A stretch of 64,000 nucleotides of DNA, taken from NCBI RefSeq assembly GCF_009914755.1, contig NC_060947.1. One strand, given 5' to 3'. This document shows positions 1-16,985 of this stretch, in pieces; the stretch's first letter is position 1, and every line of letters begins with the position of its first letter. The DNA is from the human T2T-CHM13v2.0 reference genome, Homo sapiens. The position numbers and the translations under genes are program-made. Under the pieces are notes generated by a model. That model worked only from the letters and a program-made list of their open reading frames with translations. It searched no databases and was not told where the DNA came from.

Positions 1-8
1 TGTACTTC

Positions 9-362
9 TGATATGGTTTGGCTGTGTCCCCATGCAAATCTCAAATTGAATTGTGTCTCCCAGAATCTCCACCTGTTCTGGGAGGGACCCAGGAGGAGAT
101 AATTGAATCACAGGGGCCAGTCTTTCCCTTACCATTCTCATGATAGTGAATAAGTCTCACAAGATCTGATGGGTTTATCAGGGATTTCTGCTTTTACTTC
201 TTCCTCATTTTTTCTTGCAGCCACCATGTAAGAAGTGTCTTTCACCTCCCACCATGATTCTGAGACCTCCCCAGCCATGTGAAACTGTAAGTCCAATTCA
301 ACCTCTTTTTCTTCCCAGACTTAGATATGTCTTTATCAGCAGTGTGAAAATAGACTAATACA
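9..362 (+). mobile_element. THE1 (MaLR) LTR
   Basis: Starts TGATATGGTTTGGCTGTGTCCCC, ends ...GACTAATACA; about 354 bp, typical THE1 LTR termini and length. Confidence 0.92.
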
Positions 363-1320
363 GTAAATTGGTACCAGTAGAGGGGGGAATTGCTGAAAAG
401 ATAACCAAAAATGTGGACGTGACTTTGGAACTGGGTAACAGGTAGAGGTTGGAAGTTTGGAGAGCTCAGAAGACAGGAAAATGTGGTAAAGTTTGGAACT
501 TCCTAAAGGCTTGTTGAATGGTTTTACCCAAAATGCTGATAGCAATATGGAAAATAAGATCCAGGCTCAGGTGGTCTCAGGTGGAGATGAGGAACTTGTT
601 GGGAACCAGAGCAAAGGTGAGTCTTGTTATGTTTTAGCAAAGAGATTGGTGGCATTTTGCCCCTGCCTTAGAGATTTGTGGAACTTTGAACTTGAGAAAG
701 ATGATTTAGAGTATCTGGTGGAAGAAATTCAGCAGCAAAGCATTCAAGAGGTGAATTGGGATATTAAAGGCATTCAGTTTTAAAAGGGAAACAGCATAAA
801 AGGTCAGAAAATTTGCAGGCTGAATATGATATAGAAAAGAAAAACTCATTTTCTGGGAAGAAATTCATGCCCACTGCAGAAATCTACATAAGTAGCAAGA
901 AGCTTAATGATAATTCCCAAGACAATGGGGAAAATGTCTCCAAGGCATGTCAGAGGTCTTCACAGCAGCCCCTCCCATCACAGACCCCAAGGTCCAGGAG
1001 GAAAAAGTGGTTTGTGGGCCAGGCCCAGGGTCCCTGTGCTGCATACAGCCTAGGGAGTTGGTGCCCTGTGTCCCAGCTACTGCAGCCATGGCTGACAGAG
1101 GGTAATGTAGAGCTCAGGCTGTGGCTTCAGAGGGTGGAGGCTCCAAGCCTTGGCAGCTTCCACATGGTGTTAAGCCTGCAGATGCACAGAAGTCAGGAAT
1201 TGAGGTATGGGAATCTCCACCTAGATTTCAGATGTATGGAAACATCTGGATGCCCAGGCAAAAGTTTGCTGCAGGGAAGGGGCTCTCATGGAAAACCTCT
1301 GCTAGGGTAGTGTGGAAGGA
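363..1320 (+). mobile_element. THE1-int internal region, 3' truncated
   Basis: Directly follows the LTR with GTAAATTGGTACCAGTAGAG. ORF 493-783 (LVAFCPCLRDLWNFELEKDDL) is the typical MaLR internal gag-derived remnant. It does not resume after the MER4 LTR. Confidence 0.88.
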
Positions 1321-1910
1321 AAAATTGCACATTCTAAAATATTTGAAGAGATTTATTCTGAGCCAAATATGAGTGTTCAAGGCCTGTGACACAGCCCTCA
1401 GTTGGTCCTTAGAACATGTGACCAAGGTAGTTTGGGGTGCAGCTTGGGTTTATACATTTTAGGAAAATTTGAGACTTCAATCATATACATTTATGAAATA
1501 CATTGGTTCAGTACAGAAAGGTGGGACAACTTGAAGCAGAGGCTTTCAGTGTACAGGTAGACTTAAAAGTTTTTGGAATGAAAATAGGTTGAATTTGTTT
1601 AAAGACCTGGTATCAACAGAAAGGAAACGTCTGAGTTGTGATAAGAGGGTGTGTAGAAGAAAATTTTATCATGCAGATGAAGCCTCCAGGTAGCAGCTTT
1701 CAAAGAGAACAGATTGTAAATGCTACTTATCAGACTTAAGGTCTGTGTTGATGTTAATATAGGAGAGAGATAATGAAGCATGTCTGAGCCCCAGTTCTCA
1801 TCTTGAACTAAACCAATCTTTCAGGTTAAATTTTAAGAGTTCACTGGCTGAAAAGGAAGCTTATTCAGAAGGTTGGGGGGTGGGACTCAGAATTTTATTT
1901 TTGGTTTAAA
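1321..1910 (-). mobile_element. MER4-family ERV1 LTR
   Basis: Right end AGAATTTTATTTTTGGTTTA is the reverse complement of the MER4 start (TGTAAACCAAAAATAAAATTCT); internal GAGATTTATTCTGAGCCAAATATGAGTG. Confidence 0.75.
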
Positions 1911-2270
1911 ATATGATCTTATTTCTTTTTTATGGCTGCATAACATTCTATGGCTTTTATGTACCACATTTTCTTTATCCAGTCTGCATTTATGGGCATT
2001 TAGTTTGATTCCATGTCTTTGCTATTCAAAGTGCCTATTTTTAAAAAGTCAAAAAACAACAGATGTTGGCAAGGATGCAGGAAAAACAGCATGCTTATAC
2101 ACTGTTGGTGGGAATTTAAATTATGTCAACCTCTTTGGAAAACTATGGAGATTTCTTAAAACACTTAAAATAGAACTGCAATTTGACCCAACAATCCCAC
2201 TACATGGCATGATCACACAGAAAAAAGTCATTATATAGAAAAGAAACCTGCACTCATATGTTCACCGCTG
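1911..2270. mobile_element. Old L1 3'-region fragments (minus about 1911-2035, plus about 2036-2270); the plus part is the host of the ERV
   Basis: L1 ORF2 C-terminal motifs (AAAAAGTCAAAAAACAACAGATGTTGGC; GCATTTGACCCAACAATCCC). The plus fragment resumes at 20906. Confidence 0.75.
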
Positions 2271-2313
2271 TGATACAGACCCAATGACTGGAGAAACAGC
2301 AGGGTCCTTTTTC
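2271..2313 (-). mobile_element. Terminal piece of the 3' LTR of the MER61-like provirus (split by L1)
   Basis: TGATACAGACCCAATGACTGGAGAAACAGCAGGGTCC matches the LTR end at 20299 (TGATATGGCTCCAATGACTGGAGAAACACCAGGGTCC). Confidence 0.85.
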
Positions 2314-2900
2314 ACTTTTTTTCTTTTTTTTAATTATAATACTTTAAGTGTGAACAACGTGCAGGTTTGTTACACGTGCTTTGTTGGTGTGCTGCACCCA
2401 TTAACTCATCATTTACATTAGGTATTCCTCTTAATGCTGTCACCCCTTGATCCCCCTACACCACGAGAGGCCCCAGTGTGTGATGTTCCCCTTCCTGTGT
2501 CCAAGTGTTCCCATTGTTCAGTTCCCACCTATGAGTGAGAACTTGCAGTGTTTGGTTTTCTGTCCTTGAAATACTTTGTTCACAATGATGGTTTCCAGCT
2601 TCATCCATGTCCCTAAAAAGGACATGAAATCATCCTTTTTTAAGGTTGCATAGTATTCCATGGTGTATATGTGCCAAATTTTCTTTTTTTATTATTATCA
2701 TACTTTAAGTTTTAGGATACATGTGCACAACGTACAGGTTTGTTACATATGTATACATGTGCCATGCTGCTGTGCTGCACCCATTAACTCGTCATTTAGC
2801 ATTAGGTATATCTCCTAATGCTATCCCTCCCCCTTCCCCCCACCCCACAACAGTCCCCAGTGTGTGATGTTCCCTTCCTGTGTCCATGTGTTCTCATTGT

Positions 2901-6737
<3,837 letters not shown>

Positions 6738-6785
6738 TTATTTTTCTTGTTAGTTGATGCAGTTTCTTCCTAGCCTTGATGGTGT

Positions 6786-7789
6786 TTACAATTTGGCATG
6801 TTTTTGCAGTGGCTGGTACCGGTTGTTCCTTTCCATGTTTAGTGCTTCCTTCAGGAGCTCTTTTAGGGCAGGCCTGGTGGTGACAAAATCTCTCAGCATT
6901 TGCTTGTCTGTAAAATATTTTATTTCTCCTTCACTTATGAAGCTTAGTTTTGCTGGATATGAAATTCTGGTTTGAAAATTCTTTTCTTTAAGCATGTTGA
7001 ATATTGGCTCCCACTCTCTTCTGGCTTGTAGAGTTTCTGCTGTTAGTCTGATGGGCTTCCCTTTGTGGGTAACCCGACCTTTCTCTCTGGCTGCCCTTAA
7101 CAGTTTTTCCTTCATTTCAACTTTGGTGAATCTGAGAATTATGTATCTTGGAGTTGCTCTTCTCAAGGATTATTTTTGTGGCATTCTCTGTGTTTCCTGG
7201 ATCTGAATGTTGGCCTGCCTTGCTAGATTGGGGAAGTTCTCCTGGATAATATCCTTCAGAGTGTTTTCCAACTTGGTTCCATTCTCCCCGTCACTTTCAG
7301 GTATACCAATTAGACATAGATTTGTCTTTTCACATAGTCCCATATTTCTTGGAGGCTTTGTTTGTCTCTTTTTAATCTTTTTTCTCTAAACTTCTCTTCA
7401 CGCTTCATTTCGTTCATTTTGTCTTCCATCGCTGATACCCTTTCTTCCAGTTGATTGCATTGGTTACTGAGGCTTGTGCATTCATCACGTAGTTCTCATG
7501 CCATGGTTTTCAGCTCCATCAGGTCATTTAAGGACTTCTCTGCATTGGTTATTCTAGTTATCCATTCGTCTAATTTTTTTTCAAAGTTTTTAACTTCTTT
7601 GCCATTGTTTCAAAGTTCCTCCTTTAGCTCACAGAAGTTTGATCTTCTGAATCCTTCCTCTCTCAACTCGTCAAAGTCATTCTCCATCCAGCTTTGTTCC
7701 ATTGCTGGTGAGGAGCTGTGTTCCTTTGGAGGAGGAGAGGCCCTCTGATTTTTAGAGTTTCTGGTTTTTCTGCTCTTTTTTTCCCCCAT
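6786..7789 (-). pseudogene. ORF1: L1 ORF1, disrupted
   Basis: ATG at 7789; C-terminal 126 aa (RAAREKG...YPAKLSF...PLQKHAKL) in ORF 6786-7166; no continuous frame upstream. Confidence 0.92.
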
Positions 7790-10700
7790 CTTTGTGGTTT
7801 TATCTACCTTTCGTCTTTGATGATGGTGACGTACAGATGGGTTTTTGGTGTGGATGTCCTTTCTGTTTGTTAGTTTTCCTTCTAACCATCAGGACCCTCA
7901 GTTGCAGGTCTGTTGGACTTTATTGGAGGTCCACTTCAGATGCTGTTTGCCTGGGTATCAGCAGCGGTGGCTGCCGAACAGCGGATATTGGTGAACAGCA
8001 AATGCTGCTGCCTGATCGTTCCTCTGGAAGTTTTGTCTCAGAGGAGTACCTGGCCGTGTGAGGTGTCAGTCTGCCCCTACTGTGGGGTGCCTCCCAGTTA
8101 GGCTACTCAGGGGTCAGGGACCCACTTGAGGAGGCAGTCTTCCCATTCTCAGATCTCAAGCTGCATGCTGGGAGAGCCACTACTCTCTTCAAAGCTCAGT
8201 TGGAAATGCAGAAATCACCCATCTTCTCTGTTGCTCACACCGGGAGCTGTAGACTGGAGCTGTTCCTATTTGGCCATCTTGGCTCCACCTCCAGCACATT
8301 TTCTTAATCCAGTCTATAATTGATGGACATTTAGGTTGGTTCCAAGTCTTTGCTATTGTGAGTAGTGCCACAATAAGCATACATGTGCATGTGTCTTTAT
8401 AGTAGCATGATTTATAATCCTTTGGGTATATACCCAGTAAAGGGATCACGGGGTTAAATGGTATTTCTAGTTCTAAATCCTTGAGGAACCACCACACTGT
8501 CTTCCATAATAGTTGAACTAGTATACACTACCACCAGCAGTGTAAGTGTGTTCCTATTTCCCCACAACCTCTCTAGCACTGTTGTTTCCTGACTTTTTAA
8601 TGATCGCCATTCTAACTGGTGTGAGATGGTATCTCATTGTGGTTTTGATTTGCATTTCTCTGATGGCCAGTGATGATGAGCATTTTTTCATGTGTCTGTT
8701 GGTGGTGTAAATGTCTTCTTTTGAGAAATGTCTGTTCACATCCTTCACTCACTTTTTGATGGGGTTGTTTGATTTTTTCTTGTAAATTTGTTTAAGTTCT
8801 TTGTAGATTCTGGATATTAGCCCTTTATCAGATGGGTAGATTGTAAAAATTTTCTCCCATTCCACAGGTTGCCAGTTCACTCTGATGGCAGTTTTTTTGC
8901 TGTGTAGAAACACTTTAGTTTAATTAGATCCCATTTGTCTATTTTGGCTTTTGTTGCCATTGGTTTTGTTGTTTTAGTCATAAAGTCCTTGCCCATGCCT
9001 ATGTCCTGAATGGTATTGCCTAGGTTTTCTTCTATGGGTTTTATGGTTTTAGGTCTAAGATTTAAGTCTTTAATCCATCTTGAGTTAATTTTTGTATAAG
9101 GTGTAAGGAAGGGATCCAGTTTCAGCTTTCTACATATGGCTAGCCAGTTTTCCCAGCACCCATTTATTAAATAGGGAATCCTTTCCTCATTGCTTGTTTT
9201 TGTCAAGTTTGTCAAAGATCAGATGGTTGTAGATGTGTGGTATTATTTCTGAGGGCTCTGTTCTTTTCCATTGGTCCATATCTCTGTTTTGGTACAAGTA
9301 CCATGCTGTTTTGGTTACTGTAGCCTTGTAGTATAGTTTGAAGTCAGGTAGCGTGATGCCTCCAGCTTTGTTCTTTTGGCTTAGGATTGTCTTGGCAATG
9401 CAGGCTCTTTTTTGGTTCCCTATGAACTTTAAAGTAGTTTTCCCCAATTCTGTGAAGAAACTCATGGTAGCTTGATGGGTATGTCATTAAATCTATAAAC
9501 TACCTTTGGCAGTATGGTCATTTTCACAATATTGATTCTTCCTATCCCTGAGCATGTAATGTTCTTCCATTTGTTTGTGTCCTATTTTATTTCATTGAGC
9601 ATTTGTTTCTAGTTCTCCTTGAAGAGGTCCTTCATATCCCCTGTAAGTTGGATTCCTAGGTATTTTATTCTCTTTGAAGCAATTGTGAATGGGAGTTCAC
9701 TCATGATTTGGCTCTCTATTTGTCTGTTATTGGTGTATAGGAATGCCTGTAATTTTTGCACATTAATTTTGTATCTTGAGATTTTGCTGAAGTTGCTCAT
9801 CAGCTTAAGGAGATTTTGTGCTGAAACGATGGGGTTTTCTAAATATACAACCATATCATCTGCAAACAGGGACAATTTGGCTTCCTTTTTTCCTAACTGA
9901 ATACCTTTTATTTCTTTCTCCTGCCTGATTGCTCTGGCCAGAGCTTCCAACACTATGTTGAATAGGAGTGGTGAGAGAGGGCATCCCTGTCTTGTGCCAG
10001 TTTTCACAGGGAATGCTTCCAGTTTGTGCCCATTCAGTATGATATTGGCTGTGCATTTGTCATAATAGGTCTTACTATTTTGAGATATGTCCCATCAATA
10101 CTTAGTTTATTGAAAGTTTTCAGCATGAAGTGCTGTTGAATTTTTATTGAAGACCTTTTCTGCATCTATTGAGATAATCATGTGTTTTTTTTCTTTGGTT
10201 CTGTTTGTATGATGGATTACGTTTATTGATTTACAAATGATGAACCAGCCTTGCATCCCAGAGATGAAGCCAACTTGATCATGGTGGATAAGCTTTTTGA
10301 TCTGCTGCTGGATTCAGTTTGCGAGTATTTTATTGAGGATTTTTGCATCGATGTTCATCAGGTATATTAGTCTAAAATTATCTTTCTTTGTTGTGTTTCT
10401 GCGAGGCTTTGGTATCAGGATGATGCTGGCCTCATGAAATGAGTTGGGGGGATTCACTCTTTTTCTATTGATTGGAATAGTTTCAGAAGGAATGGTATCA
10501 GCTCCTCTTTGTACCTCTGGTAGAATTTGGCTGTGAATCCATCTGGTCCTGGACTCTTTTTGGTTGGTAGGCTATTAATTATTGCCTCAATTTCAGAGGC
10601 TGTTATTGATCTATTCAGGGATTCAACTTCTTCCTGGTTTGGTCTTGGGATGGTGTATATGTCCAGGAATTTGCCCATTTCTTCTAGATTTTGTAGTTTA

Positions 10701-11745
10701 TTTGCATAGAGGTGTTTATAGTATTCTCTGATGGTAGTTTGTATTTCCATGGGATCAGTGGTGATATCCACTTTATCATTTTTTATTGCATCTATTTGAT
10801 TCTTCTCTCTTTTCTTCTTTATTAGTTTTGTTAGCAGTCTATCAATTTTGTTAATCTTTTCAAAAAACCAGCTCCTGGATTCATTGATTTTTTGAAGGGT
10901 TTTTTGTGTCTCTATCTCCTTCAGTTCTGCTCTGATCTTGGTTATTTCTTGCCTTCTGCTACCTTTTGAAAGTGTTTGCTCTTGCTTCTCTAGTTCTTTT
11001 AATTGTGATGTTAGGGTGTCAATTTTAGATCTTTCCTGCTTTCTCTTGTGGGCATTTCGTGCTATAAATTTCCCTCTATACACTGCTTTAAATATGTCCC
11101 AGAAATTCTGGTACATTGTGTCTTTGTTCTCATTTGTTTCAAAGAACATCTTTATTTCTGCCTTCATTTTGTTATGTACCAAGTAGTCGTTCAGGGTACA
11201 GGTTGTTCAGTTTCCATGTAATTGTGCGGTTTTGAGTGAGTTTCTTAGTTCTGAGTTCTAATTTGATTGCACTGTGGTCTGAGAGACAGTTTGTTATTAT
11301 TTCTGTTCTTTTACATTTGCTGAGGAGTGCTTTACTTCCACCTATGTGGTCAATTTTGGAATAAGTGTGATGTGGTGCTGAGAAGAATATATATTCTGTT
11401 GATTTGGGGTGAAGAGTTCTGTAGATGTCTATTAGGTCTGCTTGGTGCAAAGCTGAGTTCAATTCCTGGATATCCTTGTTAAATTTCTGTCTCATTGAGC
11501 TAATGTTGACAGTGGGTTGTTAAAGTCTGCCATTATTATTGTGTGGGATTCTAAGTCTCTTTGTATGTCTCTAAGGACTTGCTTTATGAATCTGGGTGCT
11601 CCTGTATTGGATGCATCTATGTTTACGATAGTTAGTTCTTCTTGTGTAATTGCTCCCTTTACCATTATGGAATGGCCTTCTTTGTCTCTTTTGAACTTTG
11701 TTGGTTTAAAGTCTGTTTTATCAGAGACTAGGAATGCAACCTCTG

Positions 11746-11783
<38 letters not shown>

Positions 11784-11821
11784 TTCCATTTGCTTGGTAG
11801 ATCTTCCTCCATCCCTTTATT

Positions 11822-12046
11822 TTGAGCCCATGTGTGTCTCTGCCTGTGAGATGCGTCTCCTAAATACAGTACACTGATGGGTTTTGACTCTTTATCCAAT
11901 TTACCTGTCTGTGTCCTTTATTTGCAGCATTGAGCCCATGTGTGTCTCTGCCTGTGAGATGCGTCTCCTAAATACAGTACACTGATGGGTCTTGACTCTT
12001 TATCCAATTTACCTGTCTGTGTCCTTTATTTGCAGCATTTAGCCCA
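11822..12046. repeat. 108-bp tandem duplication inside the L1 endonuclease region
   Basis: Unit starting TTGAGCCCATGTGTGTC at 11822 and at 11930, one visible mismatch. Confidence 0.95.
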
Positions 12047-14217
12047 CTTACATTTAATGTTAATATTGTTATGTGCGAATTTATTCCTGTCACTGTGATG
12101 TTAGCTGGTTATTTTGCCCGTTAGTTGATGCAGTTTCTTCCTAGCTTCAATGGTCTTTACAATTCGGCATGCTTTTGCAGTGGCTCGTACTGGTTGTTCC
12201 TGTCCATGGTTAGTGCTTCCTTCAGGAGCTCTTGTAAGGCAGGCCTGGTGGTGACAAAGTCTCTTCACATTTGTTAGTCTGTAAAGCATTTTATTTATCC
12301 TTCATTTATGAAGCTTAGTTTGGCTGGATATGAAATTCTGGGTTGCAAATTGTTTTCTTTAAGAATGTTGAGTATTGTCCCCTACTCTTCTGGCTTGTAA
12401 AGTTTCTAGTGAGATGTCTGCTGTTAGTCTGATGGGCTTGCCTTTGTGGGTAACCCATCCTTTCTCTCTGGCTGCCCTTAACATTTTTTTTCCTTCATTT
12501 CAGCCTTTGTGAATCTGATAATTATGGGTCGTGCATTTGCTCTTCTCGTGGAGTATCTTTGTGGCATTATCTGTATTTCCTGAATTTGAATGTTGACCTG
12601 CCTTGCTAGGTTGTGAAGTTCTCCTGGATAATATCCTGAAGAATAATTCAGGATAATATCCTGAATATCCAACCATTCTCCCTGTCACTTTCAGGTACAC
12701 CAATCAAACGTAGATTTGGTCTTTTCACATAGTCCCATGTTTCTTGAAGGCTTTGTTCGTTTCTTTTTACTCTTTTTTTTCTCTGAACTTCTCTTCTTGC
12801 TTCATTTCATTCATTTGATCTTCAATCACTTATACCCTTTCTTCCACTTGATCGAATCGGCTACTGAAGCTTGTGCATGCGTCATGTAGTTCTCATGCTG
12901 TGGTTTTCAGATCCATCAGGTCATTTAACATCTTGTCTGTGCTGTTTATTCTAGTTAGCCATTTGTCTAATCATTTTTAAAGGTTTTTAGCTTATGATGG
13001 GTTGAAACATCCTCCTTTAGCTCAGAGAAGTTTGTTATTACCCATCTTCTGAAGCCTACTTCTGTCAAGTCATTAAAGTCATTCTCTGTCCAGCTTTGTT
13101 CCATTCCTGGCGAGGAGCTGTGATCCTTTGGAGGAGAAGAGGCACTCTGATTTTTAGAATTTTTGGCTTTTTTGCTCTGGTTTCTCCCCATCTTTGTGGT
13201 TTTATCTAGCTTTGGTCTTTGATGATGGTGACCTACAGATGAGGATTTGGTGTGGACATCCTGTTTGTTGGTGTTGATGGTATTCCTTTCTGTTTGTTAG
13301 TTTTCCCTCTAACAGTCAGGTGTCTCAGCTGCATATCTGTTGGAATTTGCTGAAGGTCCACTTCTGACCCTGTTTGCCTGGGTATCACCAGCAGAGGCTG
13401 CAGAACAGCAAATATTGCAGAACAGCACATATTGCTGTCTGATCCTTCCTCTGGAAGCTTCATCTCAGAGGGGCACTTGGCTGTATGAGGTGTCAGTCGG
13501 CCCCTACTGGGAGGTGTCTCCTAGTTAGGCTACTCAGGGTACAGGGACCCACTGGAGGAGGCAGTCTGTTTATTCTCAGATCTCAAAACCTATGCTGGGA
13601 GAACCACTGCTCTCTTCAAAACTCTCAGACAGGGGTGCTTAAGTCTGCAGAAGTTTCTGCTGCCTTTTGTTCAGCTATTCCCTGCCCCCAAAGGTGGAGT
13701 CTATAGATGCAGGAAGTCCTCATTGAGCAGTGGTGGGCTCCACCCAGTTTGAGCTTCCCAGCTGCTTTGTTTACCTAGTCAAGCCTCAGCAATGGTGGAC
13801 GCCTCTCCCCCAGCCTCACTGCCACCTCACAATTTGACCTTGGACTGCTGTGCTGGCAGTGAGCAAGGTTCTGTGGGCATGGGACCCGCCAAACCAGGCA
13901 CTGGATATAATCTCCTGGTGTGCCAATTGCTAAGACCATTGTAAAAGCACCGTATTAAGCCAGGAGTGTCCTGAGTTTCCAGGTACTGTCAGTCACGGCT
14001 TCTCTTTGCTAGGAATGGGAATTCTCTGACCCCTTGCACTTCCTGGGTGAGGCGATGCCCTGCCCTGTTTTGGCTCACACTCCGTGGGCTACACCCACTG
14101 TCCAACAAGTACCAGTGAGGTGAACCTGGTACTTCATTTGGAAATGCAGAAATCACCCATCTTCTATGTCACTCATGCTGGGAGCTGTAGACTGGAGCTG
14201 TTCCTATTCAGCTATCC

Positions 14218-14801
14218 ACACCAGGATCCTTTTTCTTGTGCCAATTAGGTAAATGACATGGACACACATGGAGTGGTTTTAAAAAGTGGAAAGTTTAATT
14301 AGGCAAGAAAGAAGAAGAAAGGCTCCCTCCATAGAGAGGGAGGGGGGCCCTGAATGGAGAAAAACCCCACATGTGGTGGAAACGTAGTTGGTTATATTCA
14401 GAGGCTAAAGGAGGTGGTTTCTAATTTGCATAGGGCCCAGGGGATTGGTGTGACCAGATGTGTCATTCATGTAGCCCATGAAAAACCTGGCCCTCTCACC
14501 CTAGTCTTTTAATATGCAAATGCTGGTCGCCATGATGTCTTGCACACGTGGTGTTATCTGGAGGTGGCCATCACACCTGGCACACATGGTGAAAAGGAGA
14601 AGAGGGAGGGAACTGCCATGTTGGTTGGACCTGGTTTCTAATCACTGGCATTTACATATCAATGCTTAGTCTGATTTTTCAAGCCACTTTCTGTTAGAAA
14701 AAAAATGTTTTAAGGGTTGCTTTTTATTAAAGGATATTTCCACTGAGAACCTTTACCCTTTCTAGTTGCCTAAAAATTATTTCTAAATAACTCCTGTATT
14801 A
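14218..14801 (-). mobile_element. 3' LTR (remainder) of the MER61-like ERV1 provirus
   Basis: Colinear with about 20325-20905. PPT-like GAGGGGGAC lies immediately 5' on the minus strand (14802-14810). Confidence 0.88.
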
Positions 14802-16639
14802 GTCCCCCTCAAGAGAAGTAAACCTACCTGCTGTTAGGGGGCTTTGGACAATAATTCTTTCTAGCTAATTCCTGCTGGAAAAGGGGCGTTCATGTGGGGG
14901 GAACAGCAGTTGGGCCTTCTGAGGTTGATCTAAAAGTTCTCGGAAGAATCACATGTCCTTATGTGGCTGTCTGCAGCACCATTTGGAGTTTGATTGCTTC
15001 TAGGTAAAAGTATATGCATTTTACAAGGAGGTTTAAAATATAGGGTTAGAATATTAGCATTAAGATGACCACTCTTAATGGGGGTCCTATAGACCATAAC
15101 TGAGAGTAGAGTTTGATACTGTTAGTTACACCAGTGGATTGTAATGCTGGTTTGTCTCCACTAGATGTTGCTGTAATTACCAGAAACGTTAATATAAAAG
15201 TAACATTTTCCTTGAGAAAAGCATACATTTCCCCCTTGACTTATTAGAGAGTAACTTTAGTTTTAGGCTATTTTTATAACTTGCAATATGATTGGGAGAA
15301 ATACATTATTGGGTGGCTAAAATAACCTTAACGTTAATCTTGATGATTTTTTTCTTTAATTATTAAATTCTTTCATGAATTTCATGGATCTCTTACAACA
15401 TACTCAAGACTTGTTCTAAACATCCTTTCTTTAAACAACCAGTCATTTCCCCTTAAGACAAAAATTTACCATAGAAAATCCTTTCTTATATATAAAATTC
15501 CTTCCTTTATAACCTCTTTCCATAATTTAGAGTGCACCATATTACCAATCTTCAATAAAAAGTCCTATCAAACTTAATGATAGTAAAACTTTCATGCTTA
15601 GTTCTTATCTGTAACTATTAGTCCTGCTATAAGCAAAATAACCTTGGCTTAATCTTTCCTGCAATTATTAACCCTGTTATAAGGATGATAATCAGGCAAA
15701 ATATTATAGCAATTAGAATTTTACAACCAGAATTTCACATTGTGGGTCCCGCAGTGTATAGTTCTATTGGAAGTAGTAGTATGACTATAACAATTCCCAC
15801 AATAGTGGCATAGAAAATAATTTCCGTTTAAAAGTTTACTTGCTGAGATATAACATTTTCCTGTGGGGATCTACAAATTTATAAATGCGATTCTATGAAT
15901 AATTAAAATCATCCTGCAAATATGCATTAATAGAAGTTCTAATATTCAGCAGTGAATTTAAGAGGAAAGGGTAGAAATAATGAAAACTATCTGGTGAGGT
16001 AGGAATGGGACTGAGTAAAATGAGTATCCCTCACTCATTATGTATTTGTTATGATTTTCAGCTTAAGATCTCCTATTTCTTCACATTGATATTCAGGACG
16101 TTCCTCTGGGCTGGTAGGTGTTGCTCCCTCAGCGCTTCAGGCTTTGACTTGAGTGTGATGTATTCAGAAGTTGATTCCTGTAACTTTTATTGCAAAGGGG
16201 GTTGAAAGAAGAACAGTGTAGGCCCCTTCCCAGCTTGTCTTAGGGAAGGAGAGATGAGATTTTTCACTAACACCCAATTTTCTGGGTTAAATAAACGTGG
16301 TTCTATTTCCTGGGTTGGGCTTCTGATAGTTGTGTTAATTCTTGTTGGAAGTGAGCTAGAGAGGTTATATGTCTAGCCAATTTAGAACTTTCCTGCCTGA
16401 AAACAAATTCTGAGCACATTGATAGGTCTTATCCTTTCCTAAGTGAAAAGCTTGGTGAAGGATTTTAAGGACTTTCCATTGGCTGGGGGCTGGCAAATGG
16501 AGTTTGCTATCCTCTGACTGTAGCCATCCTGAGGGCTGGAAAGTATGCCTTCGACAAGAGGCCTATTCTATTTCTGCAGGCAAATAGTAATGTTTAATTT
16601 CTCTTATGGAGCCTTCCTAGATTAGAGGCATTTAAAGTA

Positions 16640-16985
16640 TGTTAATGTCTTGAGGCTTCCTTGCCACTGACTTAGCTGCCTGATCAGCTAACCTATTTCC
16701 TTTGGCTACTTTATTTGTTTCCTTTTGAGGTCCCCTACAATGCATCCCTGCTATTTCTCATGGAAGAAAAACTGAGAATAATAACCTGCTAATTTATGGT
16801 GATATTTATAGCAGATCCGCTCGTGGTAAGAAAATGCCTTTCCTTTTAAATGGCGGCATGAACGTGGAGAGCTAAAAAAGCATACTTGGAATCAGTGTAA
16901 ATGTTAGCTATCTTTCCCTTGCTTAATTTAAGTGTTCTTGTAAGAGCTATTAGTTCAACTAATTGAGTGCTTGTGTCTGGGAAGA
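16640..16985 (-). pseudogene. pol: ERV pol RNase H remnant
   Basis: Manual translation: PDTSTQLVELIALTRTLKLSKGKIANIYTDSKYAFLALHV, matching the gammaretroviral RNase H motif. Confidence 0.85.

Noticed and set aside
493-1372. Domesticated MaLR protein
   Set aside because: The ORFs are short and frameshifted, in a truncated THE1-int.
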